The notes under the pieces are model-generated. The model had not been told where the DNA came from. It saw only the letters and a program-made list of their open reading frames with translations, and searched no databases. Shown in pieces: positions 39,801 through 54,800 of a stretch of DNA of 64,000 nt; the stretch's first letter is position 1, and the number at the start of each line of letters is the position of its first letter. The position numbers were made by a program, and so were the translations under genes. The DNA comes from Phoronis australis (lineage: Eukaryota; Animalia; Phoronida): NCBI GenBank assembly GCA_002633005.1, contig NMRA01000760.1, positions 92,100 through 156,099 on the forward strand. The letters are read 5' to 3'.

Positions 39801-42800
39801 CGTAAGAAAGAGAAAACTTCGTTTTGGAAAGCATTTACCAAATTTGTCTGCGCGGACGTTAAATAGAAAAACAATCTTAATACAAGACCAATTAGCGTGA
39901 TCGATGGAATTTCTTTAGATGATCCGCTGTATAATATCTGCCAACGAATGATCAGTTGGGAAATAATTTTATTACGTCTAACTAATTATGCATTCTGAGA
40001 TTGCGTGCCTGCAGTGTTTTCCCCGCCATTTGCTAAGATATATCCAGCGTTCATGCAACTCGCTGAAAAACGCTGCACACAAGCGGTACATGAAGATTTT
40101 AAAACAAGTATATCGATGTTTCGGCACAGTAGTTCCGTCACCAAATGTTGGCCCTCGATCATCATAAAATTTCCACCCACAGGATTGTTCGTCAAAATAA
40201 TTTTCCAGCTTTTGTACACTGTAAAAATACCCATTAGTTTTTGTTCAGGTAATTGAAAGAAACGTCACAATGCAAAGTTTTATTCAAAGCGTTTATATTC
40301 ACCGTTTAATTAAGACAGGTTGAATGATTTGTGAATCTAGAGTTTCTCTAAAACAACAAAGCTGTGGTTGGAAATCGCGCGCTTCTCAGGTCACGAGTTT
40401 ACTTCTGAGGCAAGTGAAGTAGCAAAACACTAACGACACCTTACATAACATTGTTACTGGTGTCACCTCGCCATACACGCACCCCAGGAACCAGTGGACA
40501 TGCACCCCAGACCAGGTCTTAGCAACACCATGGGAGATGGTGAAATATTTCCCCAAGACAATTCTGACTGATAAAATCATGCCCAAGTGAATGCCAACAT
40601 TGTAAATATAATGGTAATTTAGCTACGGAGACAGAGGGATGGTACACAGAACTCTGTACATGTACGTGTAAATGCTGTCTCGCCGCCGTTCTACCGCTAC
40701 CGTACGCCTACTGTACATGATTACCAAGCGAGGTACCTTCTCGGGAGTAAGAAGGAAAGCCACTCTATCGTATTGTTGGCATCTCATACATAGAGTTCGG
40801 CATGACAATGTAACAAAAACCAAGCTGCGATATGAAAGACCAACAAAAGAAAATCCAGAAGACAGAAGAAACCTCTGATCCTTAATTCTCACTCGCAGGT
40901 CGGGTATAACCATATTCACGTGGTCTACCCTAGGGGGCGCGATTATATATAACTGGCCGGACAAAATAGAAACTTTCGTTATGAATTTCAAAGCGGTTTG
41001 TTGGACAAGTTTCCTGCTGGACAGGTCGTGTGAATGGACCTGTTGGCCCAATAAACGTTCGGCTGTTGCAGAAGTGGGCATTTGAGTAAATAGGAATCGA
41101 CTATCGCTTACTTCTGGGCCATTCTAAATGAACTGTAACTATGAAATGGCATTGATAAAAGAGCTCTACATTGCTTGCAGTGCTGGTTATGAAAACAAGT
41201 TGACTTTTGTGTGATATCCGTCATAGAAACACAGCTGAAGCACCTAACCCCCCCATATCAATCACCATTTACGGTTCGTAGTAAACGCATTAGGTCCATG
41301 GTAAGGTGGACTGTTGCCTCACAGATTCGGGCAAAATCAACAAATAATGAAAGAAAACAAGAAAAATTCTGTTAGAACCTTTTCCACTGAAAAAAAAAAC
41401 ACGCTGAATAGCATTATAAAAGCCGGATCGAAAGCAAATGTTAAACTTTAATGTTTACGCGAGAGGATTGGTTGCAACCGGGAAGGGAAACTGGGGCACG
41501 AACCGGGGAGATGAAGTTAATGACTGCCGCACTCAATGACAAAGTTCAGATACGTCTATGTCCCTACATCCAGACAAATACAACAGCAAAATTTGATTGC
41601 ACGTGAAAACCACAAGTACCCAGGCACCGTCTCAATTACCGCCACAGTCTTAAAGTACAATACACCCATATTGACTATGCTGCCAGTTGAACTGACCAAA
41701 CTGTTGCCCAATAAAATTTACTTGATTTTCAATCGATGAAAGTGCAATTAAACAAAAATGTGTGTGTTTTGTACATGATTTATTCCTGTCCAACGTGCAA
41801 CCGGATGCTTTTAAAGAGAACTGGTGAAAATGGATTTTTTCGTTTGTCGAGTGATGTGTAGACGCATATCGGGATCTCTCGAGTCAGCAGACAAATCAAG
41901 TTCACCATAACCTGTATGTGATACGGAACAAAAGTTTTGTAATGATAAAGCACATTGGTGGTATTTGAGATATGTCATGCTTGGGCAACTGCAATTTCTG
42001 ATTGAGAAATAAAGGCGTGACCCTCACAGGCTTTTTGTATTTTTTTCCACCAACACAACCGTGAAGGACAGTGACGTCAAAATGATAAAGGACGAAAATA
42101 TTTGTAGAGCATTGAACAGAAGCACATTTTTGTGTGTGTTGGCGATTGTGTTTGTAGACAAAAGCGTTCAATTGCACTGATTCGAATGTCGGCCACAAAA
42201 AACAGCAGCTATGACGACAATGGCGACGCTGACGTTACATTTCATGTGTAATTTATAAGGACGATGTGCAACTTGGGAGCGGGTTAAATAACACCAGTCA
42301 GCCAAAACATTGCATGCGCGCACCCCGTGGGCTCGGGGGGACTCGAACGAGCCCCCCATTTGGAGAAGTGGGAAAAAAAGGTCAGCCTCAGAGAAACAAA
42401 AAGTTCGAGAAAACGAGACAAAAGTCCACTAAAAAGGCGCAGACGCACAGTTCACAGACCTGAAGGTGGTACCACGTTTTTTTTCAGTCCTCCCTCTTTT
42501 TTGTTAGCAAAAGTTCCACTTCGTCAGAGATTCGAGCCCCCAATATTAAAGGCTGGGTGCGCGCATGCATTGATACCATCCTCTCAAGCCAACATCATCT
42601 AACGAACATTACTCAAACAAGTGGACATCAAAATCAACCGTTGGCCACTGGAGGGCGTAACAATAATGGGACTTGTCCGAAAATTAGTGTGAGCCGTCTA
42701 ACAAAAACAAGTCAGTCAAATTCACCACAAATATTGCTCAAAACAGAATACTACCAACCAGCGAGGGGGCAGAACTACACAGGTTTACCTGAACAAACTC

Positions 42801-45800
42801 CCGGTGGGTACTCCCCTAGAAGTATACAGGACCTGTCGCTCAGAAGACTGATTTTTTTCACCACCAGTTTTTCTACAAACGGGTGTTTTTTCCGAGATAT
42901 TTCCTTACAAAATGCACACTTTAAAATGTGACACTCTACAACTTCAAAAATTTACAAAAAGTGTAAAGTTTCTACTGTTGTCTATATCTCTAAAACTTTG
43001 GATTTACTCGAACTGGACAACAGGGCCTCTCTTATCGCACTGTCTGAGGTTTAATAGTTTTAAAAAAATTCCTAAGTAATTAACCAACGTTGAAGCACCA
43101 CACATATGGGTGTCGTCCGTTCTTTAAATAGGTGGGTCGACCTAATTTTCATTTATAGTCTCTTCCCGCCCACGTCAAAAAATACCGTTGAGTAGCCTCT
43201 GTGAACACGTTGCAAAGAGCATTAGTAATCGTTTCTCGGATTCAACTCTCCTCTGTCGTGGAGATATAAAAATGTGTGATTGACCTATATTGTTCAGTAG
43301 TTAAGTTGCTATACGTGTCTGAGATGAAGCGGACAAGAAAAGAACGGCCTCGTATCAGTTTGGAACTTTTTGAAGCCACCATTGTTGCTCACTGCGCAAT
43401 AGCAAAAATCAAAATTATTTATCACGAGAGTAAAATACGGCTGTACTGTAGTTTATTTCATTTCTTGTGGACAACCTTGAGGGTGAAGAGCGCAGAATCA
43501 GAGAGGAAGGTGTTATGTAGGATAGTGGCTCAGTGTACAATCGCTTCCCCAATACAAACCTACATATGTACAAGCCAAGTTTCATAAATCTCTTGCAGGC
43601 TTTTGGAAATAGAAAGGTTGACTCAACAGTAAATTGCATACCAAGCCCATCTACAGTGACCTCAGTGCACGTGCTGAATGTGCAGTGTACGTGTATATGC
43701 GCTCATTCAGGCTCATACGTTGGGATATTAGACGCATACGCCTATTTGTGAAAAAAATTTCATCACAATATTATGTGAATGTTACTTGACTTGTCCATTA
43801 CATACTTGATTTAGCACAAAGTATAATTGCAGGCGAAAACCATTAAAATTATACTTTGCTGCCCATTTTATATTTTCTACTACGTTTTACTTGTCACGGA
43901 ACATTATTATATACGTTAAAATATCAAAACTTCAAAATTTCGCTTAATTAATGAACTTGTATAATGTAACAATGTTTTTAACGCCGTGTTTGTTGAAAAA
44001 CAAGAACTCGCAGATACCACGTGACCAATTGTTGAATCACCCACAATGTCCACACTCTGAGGTTGTTTTTGACCGAAGGTCACCACATCCAACGTGTGGC
44101 GCTGCTGGCATGAACATCACTAAAAACATCAACTGATCTCTTCCTGTTCCCTTGCCATTTCGTGAAAGTTTGTAGTTTCTGTTAGGACATTTTACAATGT
44201 GACCTTTGAGGTTCTGTGGATGCACATTTCCAACTTAAGCTCAAAATATCCAGTTTTAGAAACGAAAGTGTAGAAACATAGCAGAATGTCAAAATTTGAC
44301 TAATTTCGGAACCCAAAATTTTAGAAACGTCTGATAACGCCGAAATTAAATTTTTGAATACCTGATTTATGCACTGTGCTCCAAAACACGACATGGAGTT
44401 GCTTTTAAATGTTCCGCTATTACATAAGGGGCTATCAAAAATATGATTTTTATTAAAAGCCTCAAAAGCGTAATTTGGCCCTGTTATTCACTCGTTGATT
44501 TGCTACGAGTGCCTTTTTGCTAATTTTTTAGAAAGACATGCTCACGTGACGCAGTTAATGGCAACTTTGGTTTAAGTCAAAAATCAACTTTTACAGATTT
44601 TCTACTTTCATAAAACGAGTAGTTGTATTGCAACAGTTGGTTAAATACCAAAATTTGTCGATGAGGTCCATCACAAGGCTTTAAGATTTGTCATAGCTAA
44701 GTCAATTTTCTTGGAACGGCTCCCACATTTATGTCTTTGGCAGATATGACTACAGGTCGACGTACTTGCAGCTGCGTGCATAAATACTTATTCTAAAAGT
44801 GATTAATTACAAACTCTGGACCTGTGAGCGTCTGCGTCGCCATGGTCTATAAGTGAGCTCAAACAAAATGTCTTACAAACTGGATAAAGACCTATGCAAG
44901 TTTGTTCGAATTTTCAAATTCATTACACTGACGGGGAGATGTATGCATGTTTTGAAATTATACCGTATCTGCATTGAAGATAAAAGATCAATCGGTTATG
45001 TTTGCACTCACTTCTGTGATACCAAGATGCATTGCTTTGTTCCACTTTGACGTCACGGAAACATATTTTTCCGATACGCATGTTTCAATTTTAAAACACA
45101 CATCAATTGATTAGGATGACCATGTCATCGTAATTTTTGTAGTTCAAGCGAATTTTGAAAGTTTCTAATCGTTGTATTTAAAACATACACACAAAAAGTT
45201 TGATGGTTTACTCGGAAGTATAGAGTGAAAGGGATGTTCCAATAAGACCGACTTTTAACACTTTCTGGCTGGTCTTACATGTATTAGCATTTGGGCGATG
45301 CCCTGTGGGACCCACCTCTCCAAATGTGAGGTTACGGGTCTCTTTGCTAATAGCTAGAAAATGCAAGAACTTTGGGTTTTTTGTACCCAGAGCAACGATC
45401 ATGGTTCGTTTTGGTGTATAAAGGACAAAAAAGGCTTAATTAATTTGAATTTAGATTGTCTTATTAGCCAAACTCGAGTCCAGCATTGTGCCGCAATAAG
45501 ATTTTCCGACATTACCTGTCAGATCCTGACTTGTTATCTATTGTGACAGTGTGGTCCACGGGTTGTTTTCAGGAGGCTGATAGGTTGTAATATTACGGAA
45601 AAGGGCTTGGAAACTCACAAATTTCAAATCATTCATCCCATCTTAATTTTTATTGATAGCTATAAAAGTTAAATCGTGAGCAATTTATGGTTAAAGGAGC
45701 GGATCTTCAATCGTTGTCAAAGAGGAACCTTTCTGACAACCAAGATCGTTTTAGTGCGTGGACCCACTAGGCCCTTGCCCAGGACCCCACTAACTTACGC

Positions 45801-48800
45801 GCCCCCTGACGACCCGTATTTGTTGTCAGGTCGAAGATTTGCAGTTATCAAGTCGTATAAGTAAAGGTCGCGAATGGCATATCCTTATGCGCTCAATACC
45901 GGATTTACCATAATGTCACTGCATGTCCATCTTATGTCAAAACAGGGACACGTCGTACAGCCACAACGCCGATGCTGTGCTCGGTAAACTTGCAACGTTA
46001 CATGTAACTTTGCAGTAACCAGGCTGTGGGTTTGCGAAATTTGTTTTTATAGTGTACGTGTATGTTCCCATGTGGTAAATTACAATACATCCGTGACAGT
46101 CCACTGATAAGCAGTTATTTATTTATGTTATAATAACTGAAAATGAATACTTGTTTACCTTATTTTTGATAAAATAATCGTATGTAGGAGTATGCACCTC
46201 ATAGCGTGCTTATGTATTACTTTGTACGTCAATATCCTACCTGTTGCACGTCACAATGTAGGCTTCATCAAAATCGGTTTATGCAACAAATTATACGTAA
46301 TTGCTCTTCAATTCAAGAGTTACATTTTGCCGTCAAAGTTAATTTAAAATATTCATGTCGAAATAGCTTCGAAAGTTAAATTGCTTAATTAAACAAATAT
46401 TTTGTCGGTAATTATAACTGTTCACTAGCACTAGGCGCGATTTATTCTCTCTATTGGAAATTTGTTTGATGTCGTCTTGGTTTATTTGACAAAATAAGAG
46501 TGACTTGTTTACAAGCCCGCCACAGCTACTGCAAGTCAAAATATTCCAAATTAATTTGGTGTTCTAATTAAATATTTTCGTTACTGATGAAAGTAGTTGT
46601 TGTCATGGTGATGCAGATTATGTTGATGACGGCGACGGTGGTGGTGATGATGACGACGACGATTATGATGATGACGACGACGACTACGATGATGACGACG
46701 ATGACGTATGGTATTGACAGTGATGACAATGCCGATGATGAGGATGATAAAAATGGTGATGTTGACATTGATCCTGAAAGCGATGATGGTCACTTATTCA
46801 GAACCATAGTAACCACAATTACCGCACAGGTGGTACTAACATACCCTTGCACGAGATACAGACTTGCTATTATGTGAGATCACTGAGATAAATTAAAAAT
46901 AATACGCTGCTTATGATCACAACTCATAAGTTATAAACAGTCTCATATATACAGGCTGATGCTGCTGATTAGGAGGATGAGAAGGCGAGAGGTACTTTTG
47001 ATTTCGCTAGAGACACTCTTTAGTGTACACAAGGATGAAGTGCTTCGGCTCGAGGCTATATGTTTTTTCATAAAAGACATTAGTTGATGAACAGAAATCT
47101 CGTAATTCGCCACGTGTATCGATTATATTATGGAATTACGCAAAAACGTTTAGGATGAGTAGAAAGAGACAACATCACAAAGTCGTTATTGATTCACAAT
47201 GGTCTGTCTACAGTGAATCTTTTGTTAGTGAACTCTTCCACTTCCTCTATGTTTTAAGCATCTAATACATCACCATCGCAAACGCATTTCCGAAAATAAT
47301 TTCGCTAAATATCCATTCGAGGAATGTTTAATTTCTCAGTGCGTACCTTGTAAGCCTATATATACCTTAAGTTTATCACACGTGTTCTTGTGTTTTAATA
47401 GGACGAATACGCGCTAAAGGGGTGAATTTAGTGTTTTGAAGTTTGTGTGCGGATTAATTGCTTTCAAATTCTGCCACGTTACCACCATTACCCTCAACTT
47501 CCCCTTCGGTGGTCGAGCTCCCTGTTTGTGTCATCTTTGTTAGTCAGAGCCTGGAAATCATTAATTATTATGGATGGTTCCGCAACACTAACTGGTAAAG
47601 TCGCTGCACGTGCTCATGACAGCATTCACTCATGCGCAGGAATTTTATGTAGGTTACACTGCACTATGACTATTACCTTGAGACATGGCGAGTGTCAATT
47701 GTTTAGATTTAATTTCGCGCTTTGATGTCCCAAAAATCAAATCATCAAATAACGTAAGTTAAAAATGCCTGCTTTCACTTCAGACGTCCCGAAAGTGTTT
47801 TTTTTTCTTCTCATAATCAATTGCGTCGTTCTTATACACGCGTATCTTACTTTGAACTTGTGTTTTTGACCCGCCCATGAGCACTCGAAATTCCCAGCTG
47901 TCCAATACACTCTCCTGGCCTACTACTATATCCATGGTGATAATGGGCTTTTGTAATTGTCCGCGGGTGATCAAAGTTCTCCTTTTAGCAGTGTAGTAAG
48001 TACAACCGCAAAGACCTAATGGGACCATTTAAGATTATGCTGACGCAAATGACTTTCGTTACAGAACGCTGACTGTGAAATGATCATTATACAGCTGATT
48101 AACTAAACTTTGGAGACTGAAAGTACCCGTATATAATTCCATTGTTTAAGTAAAGCAACATTTTCCTTTCGCTTTCACCAAGTCTATGCCACTCATCAGG
48201 CCCAGCACTGGTATCGATTTTCCCTTTCAATACATGTAGTACTTAAGTTCTGCGCCTAGTACAACATCCGGGGCAAGCCCGAGTCAAAGAGCACTTTAGA
48301 ATGTGACCGCTATCCAATTCAGGAAAAAGTCATCTAAGCGAGCGTTGAAACCGATGCTGTCATGACTTACATGTACTGAAGCATTCTCAGGAGGAAAGCA
48401 ATTTCAGAAATTAATAGTAGCGCTGAATCAAACCCATCAACTCCACGCTCTACTACTGGGCATGAAGCGCCTAACGGTTCTTAAGCGAGCACCTTTCTGT
48501 TCACTGAAACGTGCTTATTCAACGCTGACAACTGCTTTTTCTACGCTTTTGATCGGCCATGTTTCGTCCGTGCTGCCTCCTCTCGGCGGGACGACGGTAT
48601 TTACCGTAAACATGTCTTTGATTGGACTTAATACAGTGCTCGCAAAATAAGCGCAGAAAGATAATGAAATTTGTTAATTTAGATGTATTGGGCTAACCAG
48701 ATAATCTTAGCCAAGCCTTAGCAAAATATGAAAATTTTGGACCCGTCAAGTGATAGTGGAAGTAGTGTTTTGGTGCCATGTTACGTCACCGCGAGATCCC

Positions 48801-51800
48801 AGCACAAGCAAATGACCGATAACAGTTGGGTGTTTGAACACCATTGCGTGCGGGTGTTATTCGCAGCTGTTTGAATTAAAGCTTATCTTCAACGGTAACA
48901 CCTGTAAATTCGATTCCTACAGTATGTTAAGAGCATCGCTCTGAGCCCACTAGTGCCATGAATTGCCAAGTGTAACGAACTGTTAGGCGTATTAGCTTGC
49001 TTTTGTTTACGTCACCGCGAGAATCACCTTTTAATTCAAACAGCTACGAATAACCCCCGCATGCAATGGTGTTCTATTCAGTTTGTGCTGGGATCTGGTG
49101 ACGCAACATGGCACGAAAAGGCAGCTTCACCTATCATTTGACGGGCTTACATTTTCTTAATTGAACTCGCGTTTTCTTATTTTACTAAGGCTTTGCTGGG
49201 ACTATCTGGTTAGCCCAGTACATCTAAAATAGCGAAATTCCGCTGAAGTTAAGCTTTAAAAGGTGATTCGTGCGGTGACGTAGACAAAAGGTAGCCAATA
49301 AGCAAAATGAAGCTTTACATTTGACAATTTGTGGCACTACTGGACTCAGAGCGACGCCCTGAACATACTGCAGGATCCAACATGTACAGGTGTTACCATT
49401 CAATATATAGTCTTTAATAACCATTATTCCTTTACATGTAAATCCAGTTAAGATTAATTTGCAAAGTTTTTTTATTTTTACGTATGTATAACAAATAGAC
49501 AAAACAGCGGTTTGAGGTAACGTCGGGTAACTCTAAACAGGTGTAAAACAATGTATTTTTTCATAAGGAAATGCGCTGCTCTAAAGTGAAATCATAAATA
49601 ATACCCGCATTTCTCTCAAATTCCAATGCCCCGATTCAATTAGACTGAGGATTAGAAGCATGGATTCAGTTTACGCAATTGATTATGAGATAATCCGTTG
49701 TGATTAACGATGCTGATCACTGTCTCATTGCCATCATTAACGAAGTTCACCCTTATTAAACAAAGCAGAGGGGATCAGTACAGTTTAACCTGCTGCTTCA
49801 ACTCATTAACCTTGGTCATTAAAAAGCACTTATCATGACAACCTGGATGGGATTAACAGTAATTTTGAAAAAATAACGAATATTGACTAGTAAAAAAGTA
49901 ATGAAGAAATGTCGGACCACAAATTCGTTAATGATTTGTCGCTGATTTTCCTTCAAAGTTTTCGACTTAACTTTATCGATAATAGAGACGATTTCGACAT
50001 GATATTGTTATTTTTCCTTCAATAGTACGTTTTAGTAAGTCATGCAAGTAAGCAGATACACGCACGTTTTGTGAATCGACCACGTTTCACTTGTGTAGTC
50101 TCTGTACTACTCGTGGATAACTAATTCGAGTACAACGTCAAAATGTCAACAAGATGATAAAACCAAAACTAAGCTAGGGTCGCACGGTTCTTTCACTTTT
50201 ATTTTGCACACTTCAAATAAGAACTGGCAATGTTCTGGAATACAGTACATTTAGTTACTTTGCTTTAAGCGAGTTCAGAGTTTGAGACTGAGTCGATTTT
50301 AAAGAAAGCGTGTATTCAATAACACCACCAAGAGACATTTGTAAAGTTTAAAAGGACGGCTGTATTTCAACATAACCCATTTTCATTCAGAAACAATTCA
50401 GTTGAAAATCTTCAAAAGTATAAAATTTAAAATTGCTTTTTGCAACAGTTGTTAACTAATACAGTCGGCTTCGAGATGCAATCGGAGATTATTGTCGAAA
50501 TGCAATCGGGGATTATTGTTGAACAGGGTACAGTTTCCGAAGTAATCATAGTTATAAAACAACCCCGTCGTGTTTTCACGATTTTATTCGAATTTACCTA
50601 TTCCCGATGTTGACTTTCTTTCAGTTCGGCGGTACCCGTGGTTGAGTAATTGAAACCGAGGCGCTGACCTTATTAGCTACTCTTTGCGCAATGGAGAAAA
50701 GCGATGAACGCCGACGTGGTGATATTCAAAGTCAACGCAAGAATACCAAGAAGTCTGCTCTCCTGAGTCCATATGAACGCCGACGTGGTGGTATTTAAAG
50801 GCAACGCAAGAATGCCAAGGGCTCTACTCTCCTGAGTCCATGCTGTTCAATCAACGGTCCTTATTAATTTGACACTTTTTTGAAATTCTGCGCACTTCGT
50901 ATTTTTACAGTAATAAGAACATGTACATAATATGTCGTAATTATCCGATCAATCACATGTTAAGTCATGCCACATACTGTTACGTTTATATTAACTTGAG
51001 AATTAGGAACACTTCCAGAAAGCTAGATTTATTCCTTTCTGAACACCCTGTGTTCGTGGATTTGGTTAAATGCTGAAACCACAAACAGTCAACAACTTCA
51101 ATATAATACAAAATAGACAAACTTGCAAAATATGTTCACCTATATAGCAAAAATTTTAGTTGTGAGAATAAAGGTATTTTTCTGTCTTATTTTGAAATAT
51201 TTTTGTCACCTTTTCCCGTTGTTTTCTATGCTCGATGATCTCTTTACGTTCTCCTGTCCCGACGTTCCCCAAATCAAAATTCCCAGGCCTCAATGTTCGA
51301 TCTTCCCTATGGCTCCTTGGCTTAGTGCCAGTTGGTTCTGTTATGACTTGCTGTATAGCGGAGTATCATGCGCTTTTGTTAGTCGTTTATTAAATTATAT
51401 AGCAAAACTTTTATGTTCATCGATAAACATGTACTGTATTCTGGACATATTTGCTCGTGCTAACAAAAGCATCTATCCTGCTCCGAGCGATGGAATATTT
51501 TATAATGGTGCTTATTTGAAAGTTGGAAACAAAAATTTTACAGCCATTTGGCGGCCTTTTCTTTCTCTTGCAGACTAGTTATGAATCCATTGCCTTATCT
51601 AAAAGTCGAAATGTTTCAAAGGCGAAAAAAGATGGAGTTGTCTTTCTTCTGTGATTAGTAGACTCAAGTGGGCTTTTGGAAATGACGTTCAACCATTGAT
51701 TTCTCTTGTTTCAATGTACACTCTCAAATCCAGAAGTAGACTGTGCTGCTTACTTGTCGATTTCAAGAATGCATTTGATAGTGTTCGGCTAGATGGTTTG

Positions 51801-54800
51801 AACTACAAACTATTACTTTATAACTAAAAAGGAAAATATACAGCATTTTACAAGGTTTTATGACAGGAAACAATGCGCGTGTTCAAATCAATTACACAAG
51901 TGTCAAAGCTGAGTGTTTTGAATGTGCAATTGGGATGAGACAAGGTTGACAATTGTCACCTTTTCTATTCTCCTTGTTTCCAATGACAAAGCATAAAACC
52001 AGGAATCGACATTGGAGTTAGGGCTGGTCTATTAATTCTTTATTATTTAATATCCCCTGGTGATTTACTGGTATTTCCTGGAACTGCAAGAGGTATACAA
52101 AGAAAAAGTTATCAATTAGTACATATTGTAAATAAGGTGTACAAGAGCTGTCCAAGATTAGCCAAGACTCTGTGGAAGCTGCCAAGAGTTGTGTGGAGAA
52201 GAGGAAGGTTAGCTGAAAGTTTTCACAAAACAAAAGTATGCTTTAATTCAAAGCAAAACTAGGCGAAAGGCCTGCAGGAGTTCAGGACAATATTTTTGCT
52301 GAATGTTGAAGGGAAGATCTTTCTGGCGATAGCGGCGGGGAGGATGGCAGAGTTCATGATAGCGAACAAGTATATCGACATAGCAGTGCAGAAAGGAGGC
52401 GTTCAAGAGATCTCGGGATGTATCGAGCATACAAGTGTGGTTACCCAGATCATCAAGGAGGCTAAGGAAAGGAAAAGGAATCTGGTTGCACTAAGGCTTG
52501 ATCTGGCGAATGCTTATGGTTCAATACCACACAAGGTAGTCATGTACCAGAGGCGGTAAAAGGAATGTTACGTGGCTACTTTGACAAAATCAAGATGAGG
52601 TTCTCTGTGGGTAACTATGTTACAGCGTGGCAAAGATTGAAGGCGGGGATAATAACAGGATGTATAGTGTCTGTGATACTGTTCGCAGCAACGATGAACC
52701 TACTTGTGAAATCAGTGAGCAGAGAACCATTCATGGAGTCAAGGGTCAGACAACCACCGACGAGAACATTTACGGATGACATGACTGTGACAACCAAGTC
52801 TTATATAGAAGGGAAGTGAGCACTGGAATACTTAGAGAGAATAATTGCATGGGCACGGATGAAGTTTAAGCCGGCAAAGTCAAGGAGTCTAGTGCTTAAG
52901 GACGGTAAGGTGGCAAATGAGAGATTTCGGCTAGGCGACGACGTAATACCAACAGTGGAGGAAAAACCAGTGAAGAGCCTGGGAAAATGGTTCTACTGTA
53001 CTCTCAAAGATGTTGTCAGCGTGGCTGCCATCAAAGGTCAAGTAGAAAACTGGATGACGGCAGAGGATAAGTGTAGATTGCCAGGCAAGTTTAATGTATG
53101 GGTTTACCAGCATAGAGTGCTACCTAGGGCACAAAGGCCATTATTGGTGTACAATGGTCCGACATCAACAGCAGAGGTAGTAGAGCGTCTAGTGAGCTCC
53201 TTTCTACTTAGGTGGTTGGGTGTACCAAGGAGTTTTAGCAGTGTAGGATTATACAGCACTGGGTCCAAGGTGCAGTTATCCATCACATCGCTGGTGGAGG
53301 AGTTTAAAGTCGGGAAGGTGCGTCACGAGTTAACTCTGAGGGACAGCGCCGACGAAAAAGTGCGAGGAGCCAGATTCAGGGTCGATGTAGGAAGAAAGTG
53401 GCTAGCATCACAAGCAGTCAAGCAGGCAGAGGAAAGACTCAGGCACGATGATATAGTAGGCACAGTGGCAGTGGACAGACAAGGACTTGGTTTGTTTCCA
53501 CAGGCACGTTGGGGAAAAGCGAGTCCTAAGGAGAGACGTAGAATGGTACAGCAGCAAATGAGAAGCATGAAAGAAGAAACAAGAAGAGCCAGAGCAGCAG
53601 GCATGAGGAAGTAAGGCAGTTGGTTGAATTGGCAGGGAGTTAGACAGAAGAGTTTGAAGTGGCAAGAGATCTGGACAATGCAGGAAAGTAGACTAAAGTT
53701 TTTGCTGAGGTCTGAGTATGATGTNTGACCAAGCATAAAACCAGGAATCGACACTGGAGTTAGGGCTGGTCTATTAATTCTTTATTATTTAATATCCCCT
53801 GGTGATTTACTGGTATTTCCTGGAACTGCAAGAGGTATACAAAGAAAAAGTTATCAATTAGTACATATTGTAAATAAGGTGTACAAGAGCTGTCCAAGAT
53901 TAGCCAAGACTCTGTGGAAGCTGCCAAGAGTTGTGTGGAGAAGAGGAAGGTTAGCTGAAAGTTTTCACAAAACAGAAGGATGCTTTAATTCAAATCAAAA
54001 CAAGGCGAAAGGCCTGCAGGAGTTCAGGACAATATTTTTGCTGAATGTTGAAGGGAAGATCTTTCTGGCGATAGCGGCGAGGAGGATGGCAGAGTTCATG
54101 ATAGCGAACATAGCAGTGCAGAAAGGAGGCGTTCAAGAGATCTCGGGATGTATCGAGCATACAAGTGTGGTTACCCAGATCATCAAGGAGGCTAAGGAAA
54201 GGAAAAGGAATCTGGTTGTACTAAGGCTTGATCTGGCGAATGCTTATGGTTCAATACCACACAAGGTGGTCATGTACCAGAGGCGGTGAAAGGAATGTTA
54301 CGTGGCTACTTTGACAAAATCAAGATGAGGTTCTCTGTGGGTAACTGTGTTACAGCGTGGCAAAGATTGAAGGTGGGGATAATAACAGGATGTATAGTGT
54401 CTGTGATACTGTTCGCAGCAGCGATGAACCTACTTGTGAAATCAGTGAGCAGAGAACCATTCATAGAGTCAAGGGTCAGACAACCACCGACGAGAACATT
54501 TATGGATGACATGACTGTGACAACCAAGTCTTATATAGAAGGGAAGTGAGCACTGGAATACTTAGAGAGAATAACTGCATGGGCACGGATGAAGTTTAAG
54601 CCGGCAAAGTCAAGGAGTCTAGTGCTTAAGGACGGTAAGGTGGCAAATGAGAGATTCCGGCTAGGCGAAGACGTAATACCAACAGTGGAGGAAAAACCAG
54701 TGAAGAGCCTGGGAAAATGGTTCTACTGTAATCTCAAAGATGTTGTCAGCGTGGCTGCCATCAAAGGTCAAATAGAAAACTGGACGACAGCAGAGATAAG

